Shown here: positions 62,361-64,000 of the stretch, piece by piece | Position numbering within the stretch: position 1 is the first letter of the stretch | Layout: the number at the start of each line of letters is the position of its first letter | DNA from: Felis catus | Taxonomy: Eukaryota | Length of the DNA: 64,000 nucleotides | Direction: 5' to 3' | Assembly (NCBI RefSeq): GCF_018350175.1 | Contig: NC_058368.1 | Span: 134,728,001 to 134,792,000, forward strand | Made by a program: the position numbers and the translations under genes | Notes under the pieces: generated by a model | Told to the model about the DNA's origin: nothing | The model's database searches: none | What the model saw: the letters and a program-made list of their open reading frames with translations, nothing else

Positions 62361-63604
62361 CCTAGAGGTTCCCTTGACCTCACCACAAGGCTTCTTGTAA
62401 CAGTTACATTTCTGGAGTCCAGGTAAGATTTTATTTAGGAAAAAGGTTAAGTTTGATTACTACTGTTTTGTTGCTTTTTGTTATTTCATAGACATCAATG
62501 GAAAATGAAAATAAAAAAACTAATGTTAGTGCTATGGGGGGCAGGTATCAATACAGAGGAAACAAAGACTGAAATTGTTCAGCTTATCGAAGAAAAGCAT
62601 AAGTTTCCTCCCATGGGACTTAATGCTGTGTGTTCCATAGGATGGAAAAAATGAAAGAATATACAACATAAATTGCTAAAGACCACCTAAAAACGAGGAA
62701 GCTCAATTTAAGGATTTCATGCTTTTTTAGGTTTGAGGGAATAGAACCCCATCGTAACAGTATGTAAGTCCCTTTCCAGGAACTCATCGTGTACAAAAGG
62801 AGAGGGTAGCTGGTAAGGTTTCTTCAGACCCAAGCCTAAAGGAAATAGTGCAAATATCACAGCACTTAAAGCTCAGTTTATTGGACTGGGTCAAGGTAAT
62901 TCTACTCCAGGCTGAGACACCTCATTTCGTTTACCAAGCTCAGGCAAACAATAGATGAAGCCCATCATTTCATAGAGTAGGTGGAAAGGATATCGCTTGG
63001 TAAAGTTTCAGTAAAGTGGATTCTTAAACATGTAGGTAGTTCTCTACTTCTCTATCTCCACTTTAAGAGACATGTTGGAACAATAGGTCAGTACCTGAAG
63101 TCTAAAATAGAAGAAACTCTTTCCATTAGAGTGTGAGTCACCTTTCAAAATGATTTTATTTTCTGAGGATACTCAATCAATTTCAGGATGTCCTCTACTT
63201 CCAACACCCAAGGACTAAACCACCAAATTCAAAGTTTGACACAAGTCTTAAGTGATGGTAAAAAAGAAAAGAAAAAAAGAAAGAAAAGGAAAAAAAAGGA
63301 AAATCCTTGCAAGGGAATTGGCAAAGAGCTGTAAAAGGGCTTTAGGGCAAGCAGGCTGGGCGCGTGCAGATCTCAAAACTGCTGAAAAGAGGGATCTGCG
63401 AATAGATGTTTAAAAAGCGGACTCCTCCACGGTTTAATAGTAAAGAGCAGAACACAAGTTGCTGGCATTCCATCTCACCCGTCCTGGGAAGGTCTGAACC
63501 AACATCAGATTTTTCTTCAGCAACTAAGTAATGATTCTTAGTGGAAGAATCTGCATTTGAAAACTAACATTTAAGAGACAGTATAATTTCATCTGAGCCT
63601 CCAC

Positions 63605-64000
63605 TCCCTACCCGAGGGGCCGTGGTCCGCCAGAGCGACCTACATTTGCTCCGTCATGTCAAGGCTGGAAGGGATCAGTTAGCGTGCGCCCTCTTCATAA
63701 AACTCTCTTCCCCAGTCGCGGGCCCGCCTGGCTCCCAGCGGCGGCGGTGCCAGGCTGCTGGAGCTCGTGGCAGCTTGCGGGCGCTAGCCTCTCCGGCTCA
63801 CCCCTTCACCCTTCCTTCACCCCGGGACGCCACGCGGATAGCGTGGTTTTTCCGCCCACTCCCGAGGCTGTGCTGGCGAGGCCGGGAATTGCAGGGCCTC
63901 CCCGCCTTGGCGAGCCCAGGAATCCGAATCCTCCCCGCCCTTGGCACTCCGCTGGGGCGCTGGGGGCTCGGAGGATAGGGGTCGGCTCCAGACCCTCCGA
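63605..64000. promoter_or_regulatory. Edge of a CpG island (probable promoter just beyond the window)
   Basis: Sharp rise in GC and CpG; GC boxes (cccgcc, ccgccc, ccccgccc); continues to the window end. Confidence 0.8.

Noticed and set aside
62460..62775. Several plus-strand acceptor/donor-like signals
   Set aside because: No coherent reading frame; may be a decayed Tigger-like transposon, which I cannot support firmly.
63622..63978. 118-aa ORF in the CpG island
   Set aside because: GTG start, Arg/Pro/Gly composition reflects GC content.

Overview
Mammalian, repeat-rich, apparently non-coding 64-kb window. About 31 tRNA-derived CanSINEs of the feliform SINEC_Fc type indicate a cat-family (felid) genome. 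I found no credible protein-coding exon. The ORF track is explained by SINE sense/antisense frames, decayed LINE-1 ORF2 fragments and chance ORFs. Other content: two multi-kb 5'-truncated L1 copies, older L1M/L2/MIR relics, MaLR/ERVL solo LTRs, hAT DNA-transposon fossils and microsatellites. There are also several repeat-free, motif-dense blocks that look like conserved enhancers, a CpG-enriched patch at ~43.5-44.4 kb, and the edge of a CpG island at the right end. The clearest unusual object is a 34-nt 'tailless' U2 snRNA retrocopy with a perfect target-site duplication inside an L1 (36311-36344). Also notable are nested and same-site SINE insertions and splice signals suggesting non-coding transcripts. 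Nothing here demonstrably constitutes a new biological system. Repeat subfamily names are from recognition by eye, not a database search, and old-repeat boundaries are approximate. I could not identify the neighbouring gene.
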